A DNA stretch of 64,000 bases from an uncultured Veillonellaceae bacterium (GCA_963805085.1 CAWDTA010000005.1:96001-160000); one strand, 5' to 3'; positions 38,177 to 49,860 are shown, numbered from the stretch's first letter. Program-made: numbers and translations. Notes: generated by a model not told the origin, from the sequence alone.

Positions 38177-39853
38177 ATGTCAGAAAACAGTGTTATATCT
38201 TCAAATTTTATACAAAACATTATTGATGAAGATTTAAAAAATGGAAAATATAGCGAGGGGATTCACACTCGTTTTCCACCAGAGCCAAATGGCTATTTAC
38301 ATATTGGTCATGCGAAGTCAATTTGTTTAAACTTTGGCTTGGCGATTCATAACAATGGTGTTTGTAACTTGCGTTTCGATGATACAAATCCAACCAAAGA
38401 AGATGTGGAATATGTAGATTCTATTCAAGAGGATGTTAAATGGTTGGGATTTGATTGGGATGATAGAATGTTCTATGCATCTAATTATTTCCCGAAAATA
38501 TTTGATTTTACTCTTGCATTAATTAAAGCTGGTAAAGCTTATGTTTGTGATTTAAATGCGACTGAGATGCGTGAATATCGTGGAACTTTAACTGAGCCAG
38601 GCAAGAATAGCCCATATCGCGATCGCACGGTGGAAGAAAATTTAGATTTATTCACGCGGATGAAAAATGGTGAGTTTGCTGATGGTGCACGGATTCTAAG
38701 AGCGAAAATAGATATGGCATCACCGAATATCAATCTACGTGATCCTGCGATTTATCGTATTTCACATACGACACATCACAGCACAGGTGATGAATGGTGC
38801 ATTTATCCAATGTATGATTATGCACATCCAATTTCTGATGCAATTGAAGGTATTACACATTCCATTTGTACGTTAGAATTTGAAGACCATCGTCCGTTAT
38901 ACGATTGGACATTAGAAGCACTTGGTTTTGATGAAAATACTAGACCAAAACAAATTGAATTTGCTCGCTTGAATCTAACCAATAGTGTGATGAGTAAACG
39001 GAAGCTTAGAATGCTCGTGGAAGAAGGCGTGGTATCTGGTTGGGATGACCCTCGGATGCCGACGATTTCTGGCTTACGTCGTCGTGGTTATACGCCAGAA
39101 TCTATTCGTGATTTTTGCGAGCGGATTGGTGTGGCGAAAAGCAATAGTTTAGTTGATGTTGCGATGCTGGAACATTGTATTCGCGAAGATTTAAACGAAC
39201 GTGCGGATCGTGTGATGGCTGTATTAAATCCATTAAAGATCGTGTTGACAAATTATCCTGAAGACAAAGTAGAGTATGTCGTTGCTGAAAATCATCCACA
39301 TTCTACTGCAAAACGTAATATGCCGTTTAGTCGCGAAATATATATAGAGCAAGAAGATTTCATGGAAGAACCAATAAAGAAATTTTTCCGCTTAAAACCG
39401 GGTGGGGAAGTTCGTCTAAAACATGCTTACATTATCAAATGCGAAGAGGTCATTAAAGATGAAGCTGGTAATATCGTAGAACTTCATTGTACGTATGATG
39501 AAGATACGAAAAGCGGTAGTAAAACCAATAGTGGTCGTAAAGTCAAAGGCACACTGCATTGGGTTTCAGCGAAGCATGCGATTAAAGCGGAAGTTCGCTT
39601 ATATGACTATTTATTAGTAAATGAAGAAGAAGAAGAAAATGCCGATTTCATGAATTCTATCAACAAAAAATCCTTAGAAATAGTGGAGAACTGTATGGTA
39701 GAACCAAGTCTTGAATGGACAGCACTAGGAACTCGTTACCAATTCTTACGTCAAGGGTATTTCTGTGTAGATAAAGATTCAACAAAAGATAAATTGGTTT
39801 TTAATCGTGTGGTTGGTTTACGTGATTCTTGGGCGAAAGCAAAAAAAGATTGA
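38177..39853 (+). CDS. glnS: Glutamine--tRNA ligase
   Basis: [49 protein letters not shown]. Confidence 0.96.
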   Translation: MSENSVISSNFIQNIIDEDLKNGKYSEGIHTRFPPEPNGYLHIGHAKSICLNFGLAIHNNGVCNLRFDDTNPTKEDVEYVDSIQEDVKWLGFDWDDRMFYASNYFPKIFDFTLALIKAGKAYVCDLNATEMREYRGTLTEPGKNSPYRDRTVEENLDLFTRMKNGEFADGARILRAKIDMASPNINLRDPAIYRISHTTHHSTGDEWCIYPMYDYAHPISDAIEGITHSICTLEFEDHRPLYDWTLEALGFDENTRPKQIEFARLNLTNSVMSKRKLRMLVEEGVVSGWDDPRMPTISGLRRRGYTPESIRDFCERIGVAKSNSLVDVAMLEHCIREDLNERADRVMAVLNPLKIVLTNYPEDKVEYVVAENHPHSTAKRNMPFSREIYIEQEDFMEEPIKKFFRLKPGGEVRLKHAYIIKCEEVIKDEAGNIVELHCTYDEDTKSGSKTNSGRKVKGTLHWVSAKHAIKAEVRLYDYLLVNEEEEENADFMNSINKKSLEIVENCMVEPSLEWTALGTRYQFLRQGYFCVDKDSTKDKLVFNRVVGLRDSWAKAKKD

Positions 39854-39891
39854 TATAACCTTTGTTTATCATGAAAAGAGAGTGATAGAAT

Positions 39892-40221
39892 ATGGCGAAA
39901 ATACCAAAAAACTTAAGTGATAAGGCGATGGTGGTTGGGTTCAAGGAAGAAAAAAATTTTGAACATATGTTTTTAGCTGCTGAAGAAGAGGAACCGTTCG
40001 TTAAGCCTAAACCTAAACCTAAGGGTACAAATAAAGAAAAAGAAGATCTATCAACAGCCTTTCTAACAAAGGAATTGCAAGAGAAGATTGGGAAAGCTTT
40101 ATTAGAGTTAAAGCTAGAGCTGTATAAAGATGGCATGATTGACTATGATATCAAGGTAGCACGTGAAGGAAAACAAATCGTGCTTTCAGCAGTGCCGATT
40201 AAGAAAAAAGCAAGCAAATAG
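39892..40221 (+). CDS. Hypothetical protein
   Basis: Clean ORF with RBS after glnS; no recognisable motif. Confidence 0.7.
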   Translation: MAKIPKNLSDKAMVVGFKEEKNFEHMFLAAEEEEPFVKPKPKPKGTNKEKEDLSTAFLTKELQEKIGKALLELKLELYKDGMIDYDIKVAREGKQIVLSAVPIKKKASK

Positions 40222-40332
40222 ATCATTTTATGGCTGACTAATCTAGCATAACTGCTTCGATGATGTTAGCCATATTTTATACATAGGTTAATAGAAGAAA
40301 ATTGAAATCGCAGTTAGGGAGAGGTGAAGTGA

Positions 40333-41619
40333 GTGGAGAGTAATGCATTACTGGCAGTCGCCATTTTTGTCATTGCCTATGTTCTGATTGTATCGGAAAA
40401 AATTCATCGTACTGTGGTTGCCTTAACGGGTGCAATCACGATGATTTTACTTGGCATCTTAAGTCAAGAAACGGCGATTCAGCATATTGATTTTAATACG
40501 ATTGGTCTCTTAATTGGTATGATGATTATTGTGAATATAACAAGTGAAACCGGTCTTTTTAATTATTTAGCGATTTGGTCAGCAAAAAAAGTAAAAGGCG
40601 ATCCGATTAAAATTTTAGTGGTGTTTAGTTTACTTACGGCAGTTTGTTCGGCATTTTTAGATAATGTTACGACGGTATTATTGACGGTCCCAGTTACTTT
40701 TAGTATTGCTTCACAGTTAAAAATATCGCCAAAACCATTTTTGATTGCGCAAATTCTTTCTGCTAATATTGGTGGGACAGCTACATTGATTGGTGATCCA
40801 CCCAATATTATGATCGGCAGTGCAGTAAAAGAGTTAGATTTCATGGCTTTTTTAGTAAATCTTACTTTTATTTGTATCGTGATTGAGGCTGTTACTTTGC
40901 TGTTGTTAATGCTCATTTATCGTAATGAGTTACATACTACGGAAGATTTAAAAGCAAAAATAATGAATCTAACGGAAAAAAATCAAATTACCAATGCCAA
41001 ACTACTGAAAAAATGTTTAGTTGCTTTGGCAATTACCATTACTCTATTTACAATGCATAGTGTATTGCATTTAGAAACGGCTACGGCAGCATTAACTGGT
41101 GCGAGTATTTTGATGGCAATCACAATTGCTCGTGATGAAACACTGCTAACCAAAATATTTAGTAAAGTAGAATGGCTGGCAATTTTCTTTTTTGCGGGTC
41201 TCTTTATTTTAGTGGGCGCACTTGTAGAAACGGGTGTAATCAGGTTGGTTGCTGCCGAAGCGATGAAAATAACGCAAGGCAATGTAGCGGCTACGACGAT
41301 GTTGATTTTATGGATGAGTGCGATAGCATCTGCCTTTATTGACAATATCCCCTTTGTTGCAACGATGATTCCTATGATTAAAGAAATGAGCAGCATGGGG
41401 TTCACTAATTTAGAACCACTCTGGTGGGCGTTGTCCCTTGGCGCGTGCCTAGGGGGTAATGGTACGCTTATTGGTGCCAGTGCCAATGTCGTTGTTGCTA
41501 GTATGGCGGCTAAGCACGGTCACCAATTATCGTTTGTAAAATATATGTTAATTTGCTTTCCGCTTATGCTTGTATCAATCATTCTATCGAGTATTTATCT
41601 TTATCTACGATATTTATAA
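40333..41619 (+). CDS. ArsB/NhaD family (P-protein-like) transporter
   Basis: SAFLDNVTT, ANIGGTATLIGDPPN, SAFIDNIP, LGGNGTLIGASAN. Confidence 0.92.
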   Translation: MESNALLAVAIFVIAYVLIVSEKIHRTVVALTGAITMILLGILSQETAIQHIDFNTIGLLIGMMIIVNITSETGLFNYLAIWSAKKVKGDPIKILVVFSLLTAVCSAFLDNVTTVLLTVPVTFSIASQLKISPKPFLIAQILSANIGGTATLIGDPPNIMIGSAVKELDFMAFLVNLTFICIVIEAVTLLLLMLIYRNELHTTEDLKAKIMNLTEKNQITNAKLLKKCLVALAITITLFTMHSVLHLETATAALTGASILMAITIARDETLLTKIFSKVEWLAIFFFAGLFILVGALVETGVIRLVAAEAMKITQGNVAATTMLILWMSAIASAFIDNIPFVATMIPMIKEMSSMGFTNLEPLWWALSLGACLGGNGTLIGASANVVVASMAAKHGHQLSFVKYMLICFPLMLVSIILSSIYLYLRYL

Positions 41620-41848
41620 TTGGTTTAGTTCAAAAAAATTAACATAAAATGGTATTTGGTTTAGCATACATAAAAAATCGGTAACGCAATTTTGCGTTAC
41701 CGATTTTTGGCTCTATATCAATACTTATAGAAGAACACAAGGCAATATCTTTTGTGTTAAACAGCTTTATAACTGCCCTGAAATGACTTATATTCTTATA
41801 TATGTTACAATTTTAAGATATAATATTTTGATAGAAGGTTTTATTTTT

Positions 41849-42538
41849 ATGTCTACAACGAAGCGTTATTTATTATTCATCTGCGGAATTTTTTTTATGT
41901 CTCTAGGTATTTCCTGCGTCATTAAAAGCACGCTTGGTACATCACCGATCTCTAGCATACCTTATGTTCTCAGTTTCTGTTATCCTATTTCTCTCGGAGG
42001 TGTTACCTTTATTGTCAATATGATCTTCCTACTTGGACAAATTGTCATTTTACAGCGACAATTCCAATACATTCAATTATTGCAGGTTCCCATGACAGCC
42101 ATCTTCAGTGTTTTCATTGACATGACGATGAACTTACTCAGTGCTGTTGCACCAGAAATGTATATCGGTAAAATGGTCACGATGTTCGTAGGAGCAGGTT
42201 GTGTGGCTCTAGGCGTTGCCTTGCAAATCATCGGCAATGTTGTCACTTTGGCCGGTGAGGGTATTGTCAATGCCATTGCTACTCATTGGCATTTCGACTT
42301 TGGAAATACCAAGACATGCTTTGACACAGCCCTTGTCATTGGCGCCTGCATTATATCATGGATTTACTTTGGTGAAATCCGTGGTGTTCGCGAAGGAACC
42401 TTAATTTCAGCCATTATCACTGGCTCTATCGCCCGATTCTTCATTCAAAGATTGAGCTATGTAGACGAAAATGGCAGCATCATCTTTCGTTTGTCTTTCA
42501 CAAAGGTTGTTGAGAATACCTGGAAAAATAATAAGTAA
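41849..42538 (+). CDS. YczE/YyaS/YitT family membrane protein
   Basis: LGTSPISSIPYVLS, LAGEGIV, KTCFD, GVREGTLISA. Confidence 0.82.
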   Translation: MSTTKRYLLFICGIFFMSLGISCVIKSTLGTSPISSIPYVLSFCYPISLGGVTFIVNMIFLLGQIVILQRQFQYIQLLQVPMTAIFSVFIDMTMNLLSAVAPEMYIGKMVTMFVGAGCVALGVALQIIGNVVTLAGEGIVNAIATHWHFDFGNTKTCFDTALVIGACIISWIYFGEIRGVREGTLISAIITGSIARFFIQRLSYVDENGSIIFRLSFTKVVENTWKNNK

Positions 42539-42694
42539 TAAAAATTCCGTAGAGCTGAAATTTTGGTTCTAGTCCATTACTACAAATTGAATATAATGAA
42601 AAAGAAGCATAATAAGAATTTCTTTTAAAATTTCGTTTGGCAAATTTATTTTAAATAGAAACTTTACAGTATGCTTCTTTTTTATTCTTTTCCT

Positions 42695-44176
42695 TTATAT
42701 ATCACTTTTTTCTACAGCATCAAACACTGCAAGGGTTTGTTTGTCTGGTTCTGCATCATTTTTACTTACCAAGTAGATGGAAAGTAGGGAAAGAATAAAA
42801 CCAGGTACTATTTCATATAGACCAAACCATGCGAATTGTTTCCAAATCAGAACGGTGACACCACCAACGATAACTCCAGTTAAAACTCCATTGCGTGTCG
42901 TTCTCCGCCAGTAAAGGGAAAGTAAGATTGCTGGACCAAAAGCAGCACCGAACCCTGCCCAAGCGTAGGCTACCATGTCAAGTATGAGACTGTTAGGATT
43001 CATACCAATGATAATCGCGATTGTTGAAACAACGATAACGGCAGCCCGACTGGTCCAAACAAGTTCTTTATCTGAAGCAGTTTTATGAATAACAGATTTG
43101 TAAAAATCTTGTGAAAAGGCAGAAGCGGCAACGAGTAATTGCGAAGAAGCGGTGCTCATAATGGCCGCTAAGACTGCCGAAAGAATTAACCCACCAACGA
43201 ATGGTGAGAAAATCTCATTTGTCATAACTAGGAATACTGTTTCTACATCAGAGCCAGTGAGTTCTGTAGTTAAAAAAACTTTACCAACCATACCAAGAAT
43301 AACGGAAGCGGCGAGTGAAATGATAACCCAAGTCATCGCAATTTTTGTTGCTCGTTTAATTTCATTGGAAGATTTACTGGCCATAAAACGAACTAAAATA
43401 TGTGGTTGACCAAAGTAACCAAGTCCCCAAGCGAGTAGCGAAATAATTTCAATAAAGCTAAAAAGACTACCGTCTGCTTTTGAAAATGGATTGAAATATT
43501 CAGGGTTTATCATGTAAAGGGCCGTAAAAGTTGGTGTAATTCCGCCTAGTATATAGGCACCGAATAAAGGAACTGCAATAATTGCAAAAAACATCATGAC
43601 GCCCTGGATAAAATCGGTCCAACATACTGCTAGAAAACCACCGACAAAGGTGTAGAAAACCACAACTAAAGCCCCTAAAATTAAGGCATATTCATAAGGA
43701 ATACCAAAAACCGTATTGAATAGTTTACCGCCGGCAACAAAGCCTGAGGAAGTGTAAATGATAAAAAAGATAAGAATAAATACCGCGGAGATGATTCTAA
43801 GTAGATTTGATGTATCATGAAAACGATTCTGGAAATAGTCAGGCATCGTCAAAGAATCATTGGCAATTTCGGTATAACGACGAAATCTAGTAGCAATAAA
43901 GCGCCAGTTAGCATAGGTCCCTAGAGCAAGGCCAAGGGCAATCCAAGCGGCGCCAAGGCCAGTCACATAAGCGTAGCCTGGTAAACCCATAAGCATCCAG
44001 CCACTCATGTCTGAAGCTTCGGCACTTAAGGATGTTACCCAGGCACCAAGCTGACGATCGCCTAATATGTAATCTGACATGTTTTTTGTACGATTATAAA
44101 AGTAAAGACCAATGACCATCATTAAGGCAAGATAAAGTACAATTGCCAATATGACATAAAAATTTTCGGTTAACAT
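42695..44176 (-). CDS. putP: Sodium/proline symporter
   Basis: SAEASDMSGWMLMGLPG, GGFLAVCWTD, WGLGYFGQPHILVRFM, AAIMST, YAWAGFGAAFGP. Confidence 0.93.
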   Translation of the reverse strand: MLTENFYVILAIVLYLALMMVIGLYFYNRTKNMSDYILGDRQLGAWVTSLSAEASDMSGWMLMGLPGYAYVTGLGAAWIALGLALGTYANWRFIATRFRRYTEIANDSLTMPDYFQNRFHDTSNLLRIISAVFILIFFIIYTSSGFVAGGKLFNTVFGIPYEYALILGALVVVFYTFVGGFLAVCWTDFIQGVMMFFAIIAVPLFGAYILGGITPTFTALYMINPEYFNPFSKADGSLFSFIEIISLLAWGLGYFGQPHILVRFMASKSSNEIKRATKIAMTWVIISLAASVILGMVGKVFLTTELTGSDVETVFLVMTNEIFSPFVGGLILSAVLAAIMSTASSQLLVAASAFSQDFYKSVIHKTASDKELVWTSRAAVIVVSTIAIIIGMNPNSLILDMVAYAWAGFGAAFGPAILLSLYWRRTTRNGVLTGVIVGGVTVLIWKQFAWFGLYEIVPGFILSLLSIYLVSKNDAEPDKQTLAVFDAVEKSDI

Positions 44177-44362
44177 AAAAAATAATTCCCCCATAAATTA
44201 AGATAGTACATATTATACATATAAATAGGTGAAAAATGCAAAAAAAACTTTATCGCGGGCGAAATATGTGCAAGTGGAAAACCCTGGTGGCTAAGACCTA
44301 GAATATAAGCTATAATACTATTGTATGTATAATAGGCAAATTCGAGAGGAAGTGCTTCAAAG

Positions 44363-45745
44363 GTGGAGAACAAATTTGATGTAGCGATCATAGGAAGCGG
44401 CCCGGCAGGGATTTTTGCAGCTTATGAATTCGTGCTTAAGAAACCAGAATTGAAAGTAGCGTTGATTGAAGCAGGCAAAGATATATACAAACGAAAATGC
44501 CCGATTGCCGAGAAAAAAGTGGACCATTGTATTAATTGTAAGCCTTGTAGCATTATGCGAGGTTTCGGTGGCGCAGGGGCTTTTTCTGACGGTAAATATA
44601 ATTTTACCGCTCAATTTGGCGGTTGGCTGAACGAATATTTATCCGATGAGCAAGTACTCGCGCTCATTGATTATGTCGATCAAATCAATATGCAATATGG
44701 TGCGCCAACAGAGGTATTTAGTACAGAAAATAGTTTGATTGGTAAAAAAGCGATTGGTGTCGGATTACATTTGCTTGATGCGAAAGTAAGGCATCTCGGT
44801 ACAGAAAATAATTTAAAAATGCTTAAGGCAATTTATGAATATTTAAAAACAAAAGTAACATTAATATTTGATACAACGGTTACAGATATCGTTAACGAGG
44901 GAAAAGGGTTTACGCTAGAATTAGAATCTGGCAGCCCAATAGAATCAGAGTATCTCATTGCTGCCCCTGGTAGGGCTGGCTCGGAGTGGTTTTCTAAGCA
45001 GTGTAAGACGCTTGGTCTAGAGCTTTTAAATAACCAAGTCGATGTTGGGGTGAGGTTAGAGATACCAGCCAATATCTTTGAGCATATTACCGATGAAGTC
45101 TATGAGGCAAAGCTCGTTTACCGTACCAAACAATACGGTGATTTAGTGCGTACGTTCTGCATGAATCCGAAAGGCTATGTTGTGGCGGAAAATACGGACG
45201 GTATTGTTACTGTCAATGGTCATAGTTTTCGTGATGAAAAATTGCATAGTAAGAATACAAACTTTGCGTTATTAGTAAGCAATAAATTTAATGAACCCTT
45301 TAATGAACCACATCAGTATGGAAAACGAATTGCTTCTTTTTCCAATATGCTAGGTGGTGGAGTACTTGTACAACGGTTTGGCGATTTAATCAAAGGCCGT
45401 CGCAGCAATGAACATCGCTTAGCGCAAAGTTTTACGAAGCCTACATTAAAGGCAACACCTGGTGATCTTAGCTTAGTACTACCAAAACGTCACTTAGATA
45501 ACATTATCGAAATGATTTATAAATTAGATAAAATTGCTCCAGGTATGGCAAATGACGATACGTTGCTTTATGGTGTTGAAGTGAAGTTTTACAGTTCAAG
45601 ATTAAGATTGACCAAACAACTCGAAACGAAAATTCCAAACTTTTTTGCAATTGGCGATGGTGCCGGGGTAACGAGGGGCTTATCACAAGCTGGAGCGAGT
45701 GGTGTTTATGTAGCGAGGACAATTTTAGAACGTCTCACAGTTTAA
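44363..45745 (+). CDS. Uncharacterised NAD(P)/FAD-dependent oxidoreductase (clostridial type)
   Basis: IIGSGPAG, C..C..C-GFGGAGAFSDGK, RTFCMNP.G, YGVEVKFYS, GDGAGVTRGL. Confidence 0.88.
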   Translation: MENKFDVAIIGSGPAGIFAAYEFVLKKPELKVALIEAGKDIYKRKCPIAEKKVDHCINCKPCSIMRGFGGAGAFSDGKYNFTAQFGGWLNEYLSDEQVLALIDYVDQINMQYGAPTEVFSTENSLIGKKAIGVGLHLLDAKVRHLGTENNLKMLKAIYEYLKTKVTLIFDTTVTDIVNEGKGFTLELESGSPIESEYLIAAPGRAGSEWFSKQCKTLGLELLNNQVDVGVRLEIPANIFEHITDEVYEAKLVYRTKQYGDLVRTFCMNPKGYVVAENTDGIVTVNGHSFRDEKLHSKNTNFALLVSNKFNEPFNEPHQYGKRIASFSNMLGGGVLVQRFGDLIKGRRSNEHRLAQSFTKPTLKATPGDLSLVLPKRHLDNIIEMIYKLDKIAPGMANDDTLLYGVEVKFYSSRLRLTKQLETKIPNFFAIGDGAGVTRGLSQAGASGVYVARTILERLTV

Positions 45746-45816
45746 CGATATACCATTGCATTTTCGAAGTTTGAAAAGTGGGAAAGAATTTGCTATTTGT
45801 AGCAGGTGGTGTAAGC

Positions 45817-46587
45817 ATGCGTTTAGAAGAAGTGGTCAATAAGTATTATAACCATCTGAATGAAAACGACTTATATATTTTGAAGGTAATTTGTGCGGAT
45901 AAAAAAGCCTGTGTCAACTTGTCAATCAATGAGTTAGCTGAGCGCTGTAATGTGTCTAGGACAACCATTCTGCGGTTTGCGCAGAAACTTGGCTTTTCCG
46001 GATATAGTGAGTTCAAGGTATTCTTAAGTTGGCAGGAGGATGAGGAACAGATGCCAGCGGAAAAAAACTATGTACAGTGTCTGTATGATGATATCGATGC
46101 CATCAGAAAAAATATGGGGACAATGGCAATGGAAGAAATATGCCAGATTTTGCATGATGCCAAGCGGGTCTTTGTTTATGGTACAGGGGCGGCGCAAAAG
46201 GAAATCGGCAAGGAGATGCAAAGGACGTTCTTGATTCTGCGGAAATACCTACATGTCATCGAAGGAGAGACTGAACTGGAAAATGTAATGGTGGATATGG
46301 ATTATGATGATGTTGTCATCATAATTTCTTGCTCAGGTAACCGCAGTTTTCTAAAGAATATTGTTCATACCCTCCAGATACATGGAGTCAAATATATGTC
46401 GATGACCAATCTCACCAATAATTTTTTAGCGCAAAATACAAAGTATAACCTTTATGTTCCATCCACCCTGTTGAAGGTTCCAACAGGGATACTCTATAAT
46501 TCTACAGCGTTATTTTTTATGATCGCGGATATCTTATTTCGGGAATATATAGCGTATGTGGAAAAACAAGTTTTAGTGGAGAAATAA
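45817..46587 (+). CDS. RpiR/MurR family regulator (GlvR-like) 1
   Basis: SINELAERCNVSRTTILRFAQKLGFSGYSEFK plus SIS domain. Confidence 0.9.
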   Translation: MRLEEVVNKYYNHLNENDLYILKVICADKKACVNLSINELAERCNVSRTTILRFAQKLGFSGYSEFKVFLSWQEDEEQMPAEKNYVQCLYDDIDAIRKNMGTMAMEEICQILHDAKRVFVYGTGAAQKEIGKEMQRTFLILRKYLHVIEGETELENVMVDMDYDDVVIIISCSGNRSFLKNIVHTLQIHGVKYMSMTNLTNNFLAQNTKYNLYVPSTLLKVPTGILYNSTALFFMIADILFREYIAYVEKQVLVEK

Positions 46588-46637
46588 TATAGGCAAAAAT
46601 TCATTTTGACCAATGCAATTATTTGTAAAATAGGAGC

Positions 46638-47414
46638 TTGAAGATGAAATTAGAAGAACTGATTAACAAGCGTAAAGGGGCTTTGAACCAGACCGATATG
46701 GTCATATGGAAGTATATTTTTAATAATAAGCAAAAGTGTCGGCATATGTCGATTCATGATTTGGCCAAAGAATGTTGTGTATCGAGTACGACTGTGGTAA
46801 GGTTTGCCCAGAAACTATCACTTGACGGATTCAGTGAGCTCAAAGCTGTACTGAAGATGGAAGAGGAACAAAGTATTCACGAAGAACAGGATGTACTAGC
46901 GGCTATTACCAGTTTTTATCAGCATAGCTGGAAGGAAATCGTCAAACGTAATTTTGATGATGCAAGCAAACTTATGTATAGTGCCAAGCGGGTGTTTGCT
47001 TATGCTTCGGGATATGTACAAAGTAATGTTGTACAAGAAGTAAAAAGGCTTTTCTTTTTTGATGATGTATTGATTTATGAGGTGCGTGGACAAGAGGAGT
47101 TTCACTCATTGGTTAAAATGATGACACCAAATGATCTAGTTATTATGGTTTCTTTGAGTGGCGAGACACCAATGGCAGTGGAGTTTGCGCAAAAATTACA
47201 GTTGAAAGATGTGCCGCTGATATCGATTACACGCTTACATGACAATACATTGGCCGGACTCAGCACAGAAAATCTCTATGTGACACCGGCAACATTTCAA
47301 ATTTATGAGGCGGAAGAGGATAGGACACCATATCAATCGATGTTGCCGTATTTCCTTTTGATTGAGATATGGTACGTAAAGTATAAGTTATACCGCAATA
47401 ATAAAATAAAGTAG
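46638..47414 (+). CDS. RpiR/MurR family regulator (GlvR-like) 2
   Basis: SIHDLAKECCVSSTTVVRFAQKLSLDGFSELK, VSLSGET. Confidence 0.9.
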   Translation: MKMKLEELINKRKGALNQTDMVIWKYIFNNKQKCRHMSIHDLAKECCVSSTTVVRFAQKLSLDGFSELKAVLKMEEEQSIHEEQDVLAAITSFYQHSWKEIVKRNFDDASKLMYSAKRVFAYASGYVQSNVVQEVKRLFFFDDVLIYEVRGQEEFHSLVKMMTPNDLVIMVSLSGETPMAVEFAQKLQLKDVPLISITRLHDNTLAGLSTENLYVTPATFQIYEAEEDRTPYQSMLPYFLLIEIWYVKYKLYRNNKIK

Positions 47415-47469
47415 CAAATGAGACTGTCTTGACGAAAGTTTAAGGCAGTTTTTGTATTTTTATCAGCAT

Positions 47470-47500
47470 GTACCAAAGTACATGAAATGTACTTTGGTAC
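47470..47500. promoter_or_regulatory. Perfect 14-3-14 palindrome upstream of PTS promoter, candidate operator
   Basis: gtaccaaagtacat-gaa-atgtactttggtac. Confidence 0.55.
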
Positions 47501-47759
47501 GCATTTGTGTTACAGTGCCGTAATGTCTTGAACCTATTGAATGTGCGGAAATAAAAAGCTATTATAAAAATCAAGATATCTTGTATGACAGATTGAATAG
47601 TTCAATCTGAAGAAAACTATATGTCATGACAAAATCTATTTACTGTAAAATTACTGAAACAGCATTTTACGTTTTTAGGTATCATTAAAGAATTCAAAAA
47701 ATTCTAACTTTTAAGAATTCGTTTACAAAGGAAAAAAAATATTTTATGGGGGTGGATTT

Positions 47760-49844
47760 ATGACAATCAACAAGGACGTTGTCATGCAAAATGTACAACG
47801 TTTCGGCGGAGCAATGTTTACACCAGTTATATTGTTTTCCTTTTTTGGAATTATGGTATCGTTATCGATTATTTTCAAAAACCCGGATATTGTTGGTAGT
47901 ATAGCAACAAAAGGGACGGCGTGGTACAACGTCTGGTATGTTATTGAACAGGGCGCATGGACAGTGTTTGCGCAAATGCCACTTTTATTTGCACTTTCTT
48001 TACCAATCGGTTTGGCGAAGAAAAATCAGGCAAGAGCCTGCATGGAATCATTTGTAATCTATGTTGTGTTTAATTATTTCGTTTCAGGGATTCTCACACT
48101 AGCAGGTCCATCGTTCGGTGTGGATTATAGCCTCAAAGCAGGCGGCGGTACAGGCCTAGCAATGATTGCGAATATCAAGACGCTTGACATTGGTATGCTT
48201 GGCGCTATCTTGATTTCAGGAATTACCGTATGGCTGCATAATCGTCTCTTTGATGTAGATCTTCCTGATTATCTCGGTATCTTCAAAGGGTCATCTCTCG
48301 TAGTTGCAGCTGGATTCTTTCTCATGTTGCCAGTTGCGTATCTTTTCTGCTTGGTATGGCCATCGGTACAGCACGCAATTGGAACTTTTCAGGAGTTTCT
48401 AAAAGCTAGTGATGCGCTAGGCGTATGGATGTATACTTTCTGCGAAAGAATTTTAATTCCAACAGGGCTACACCATTTTATTTACACGCCCTTTATTTTC
48501 GGACCAGCTATTGTTGATGGTGGTATTCAACAGTATTGGTTGCAACATTTGCAAGATTTTGCAACTTCGGCTCAGTCATTGAAAGAAATGTTCCCTGGTG
48601 CTGGTTTCTCATTACATGGTTCTTCCAAAATATTTGGTATCCCGGGGATTGCGCTTGCGATTTATGCTACGGCGAAGCCAGCAAAAAAGAAAGCTGTTGC
48701 TGGACTTTTGATTCCAGCTACGATTACGGCAGTGGTATGTGGGATTACAGAACCGCTTGAATTTACATTCCTGTTCGTCGCTCCGGTACTGTTTGCAGTA
48801 CATGCAATACTTGCTGCAACACTTGCTGCAACATTTTTCTTATTCGGAGTAGTCGGTTCTTTCGGTGGCGGGCTTATTGATGCCCTCGTGCAGAACTGGA
48901 TTCCATTATTTAAATATCATTCTGCAACTTATACTCTGCAAATTGTAGTTGGTCTTTGTTTTACCGCGATTTACTTCTTCGTGTTCCGTTATTTTATTGT
49001 GAAGAATGATTATAAAACCCCAGGCCGGACAGAAGATGATGCAGAAGATAAACTTTATTCCAAAGCTGAGTATAAAGCAAAAATAGCGATGGAAGGAACA
49101 ATGAATATTGATGAACGTGATATTAAGGCCGCGGTATTCCTTGAGGCTCTAGGCGGCAAGGCAAATATTAAGGATGTAACAAATTGCGCTACGCGTCTTC
49201 GTGTAACAGTCGTAGATGATTCGTTGATTAAAGGGGTAAGCACATTTACAAAGGCTGGTGCTCATGGCCTTGTAAAGAACGGTCATGCAGTGCAAGTGAT
49301 TGTTGGCTTATCCGTACCACAAGTGAGAGAGCGTTTTGAAGCATTGTTGCAAGATACATCAGACGCAGAAACTGCATCTGGTACAGATAAATCTACAACA
49401 TTGAAGGCATTTGTCAGTGGTAAAGTCATTCCGATTACGCAAGTTAAAGATGAAATGTTTTCACAAAAAATGATGGGCGATGGTATCGCTGTTTATCCAG
49501 AAAATGAAATAGTGACAGCACCAGCAGACGGTGAAATCACTATGGTAATGGATGAATCTGGTCATGCAGTCGGTATGCGTTTAATGAGCGGCGTCGAAGT
49601 CCTTATCCATATTGGTATTGATACGGTGAAAATGGAAGGGCGCGGGTTCAATGTACTTGTAAAACAGGGCCAAAAGGTAAGAGCTGGTCAAGCTCTTGTG
49701 AATTTTGATAAAAAACAAATTGAGAAAGAAGGTTATTCTTCTATTGTTATATTAGCTGTTACAAATTATACAGAATATCCGCTAATGAAACTGCATTCAG
49801 GTATGACAGCAAAAGCCGATGAAACAGTAATTGCAACATTCTAA
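47760..49844 (+). CDS. Alpha-glucoside PTS transporter EIICBA (GlvC/MalP-like with fused EIIA)
   Basis: QRFGGAMFTPV, ERILIPTGLHHF, GITEPLEF, EIIB NCATRLR, EIIA FSQKMMGDG..LIHIGIDTV. Confidence 0.93.
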   Translation: MTINKDVVMQNVQRFGGAMFTPVILFSFFGIMVSLSIIFKNPDIVGSIATKGTAWYNVWYVIEQGAWTVFAQMPLLFALSLPIGLAKKNQARACMESFVIYVVFNYFVSGILTLAGPSFGVDYSLKAGGGTGLAMIANIKTLDIGMLGAILISGITVWLHNRLFDVDLPDYLGIFKGSSLVVAAGFFLMLPVAYLFCLVWPSVQHAIGTFQEFLKASDALGVWMYTFCERILIPTGLHHFIYTPFIFGPAIVDGGIQQYWLQHLQDFATSAQSLKEMFPGAGFSLHGSSKIFGIPGIALAIYATAKPAKKKAVAGLLIPATITAVVCGITEPLEFTFLFVAPVLFAVHAILAATLAATFFLFGVVGSFGGGLIDALVQNWIPLFKYHSATYTLQIVVGLCFTAIYFFVFRYFIVKNDYKTPGRTEDDAEDKLYSKAEYKAKIAMEGTMNIDERDIKAAVFLEALGGKANIKDVTNCATRLRVTVVDDSLIKGVSTFTKAGAHGLVKNGHAVQVIVGLSVPQVRERFEALLQDTSDAETASGTDKSTTLKAFVSGKVIPITQVKDEMFSQKMMGDGIAVYPENEIVTAPADGEITMVMDESGHAVGMRLMSGVEVLIHIGIDTVKMEGRGFNVLVKQGQKVRAGQALVNFDKKQIEKEGYSSIVILAVTNYTEYPLMKLHSGMTAKADETVIATF

Positions 49845-49860
49845 GAAGGGGAAAGTCAAG

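Noticed and set aside
38177-39853. GlnRS in a Firmicute as unusual
   Set aside because: Common in Clostridia/Negativicutes; ordinary housekeeping gene
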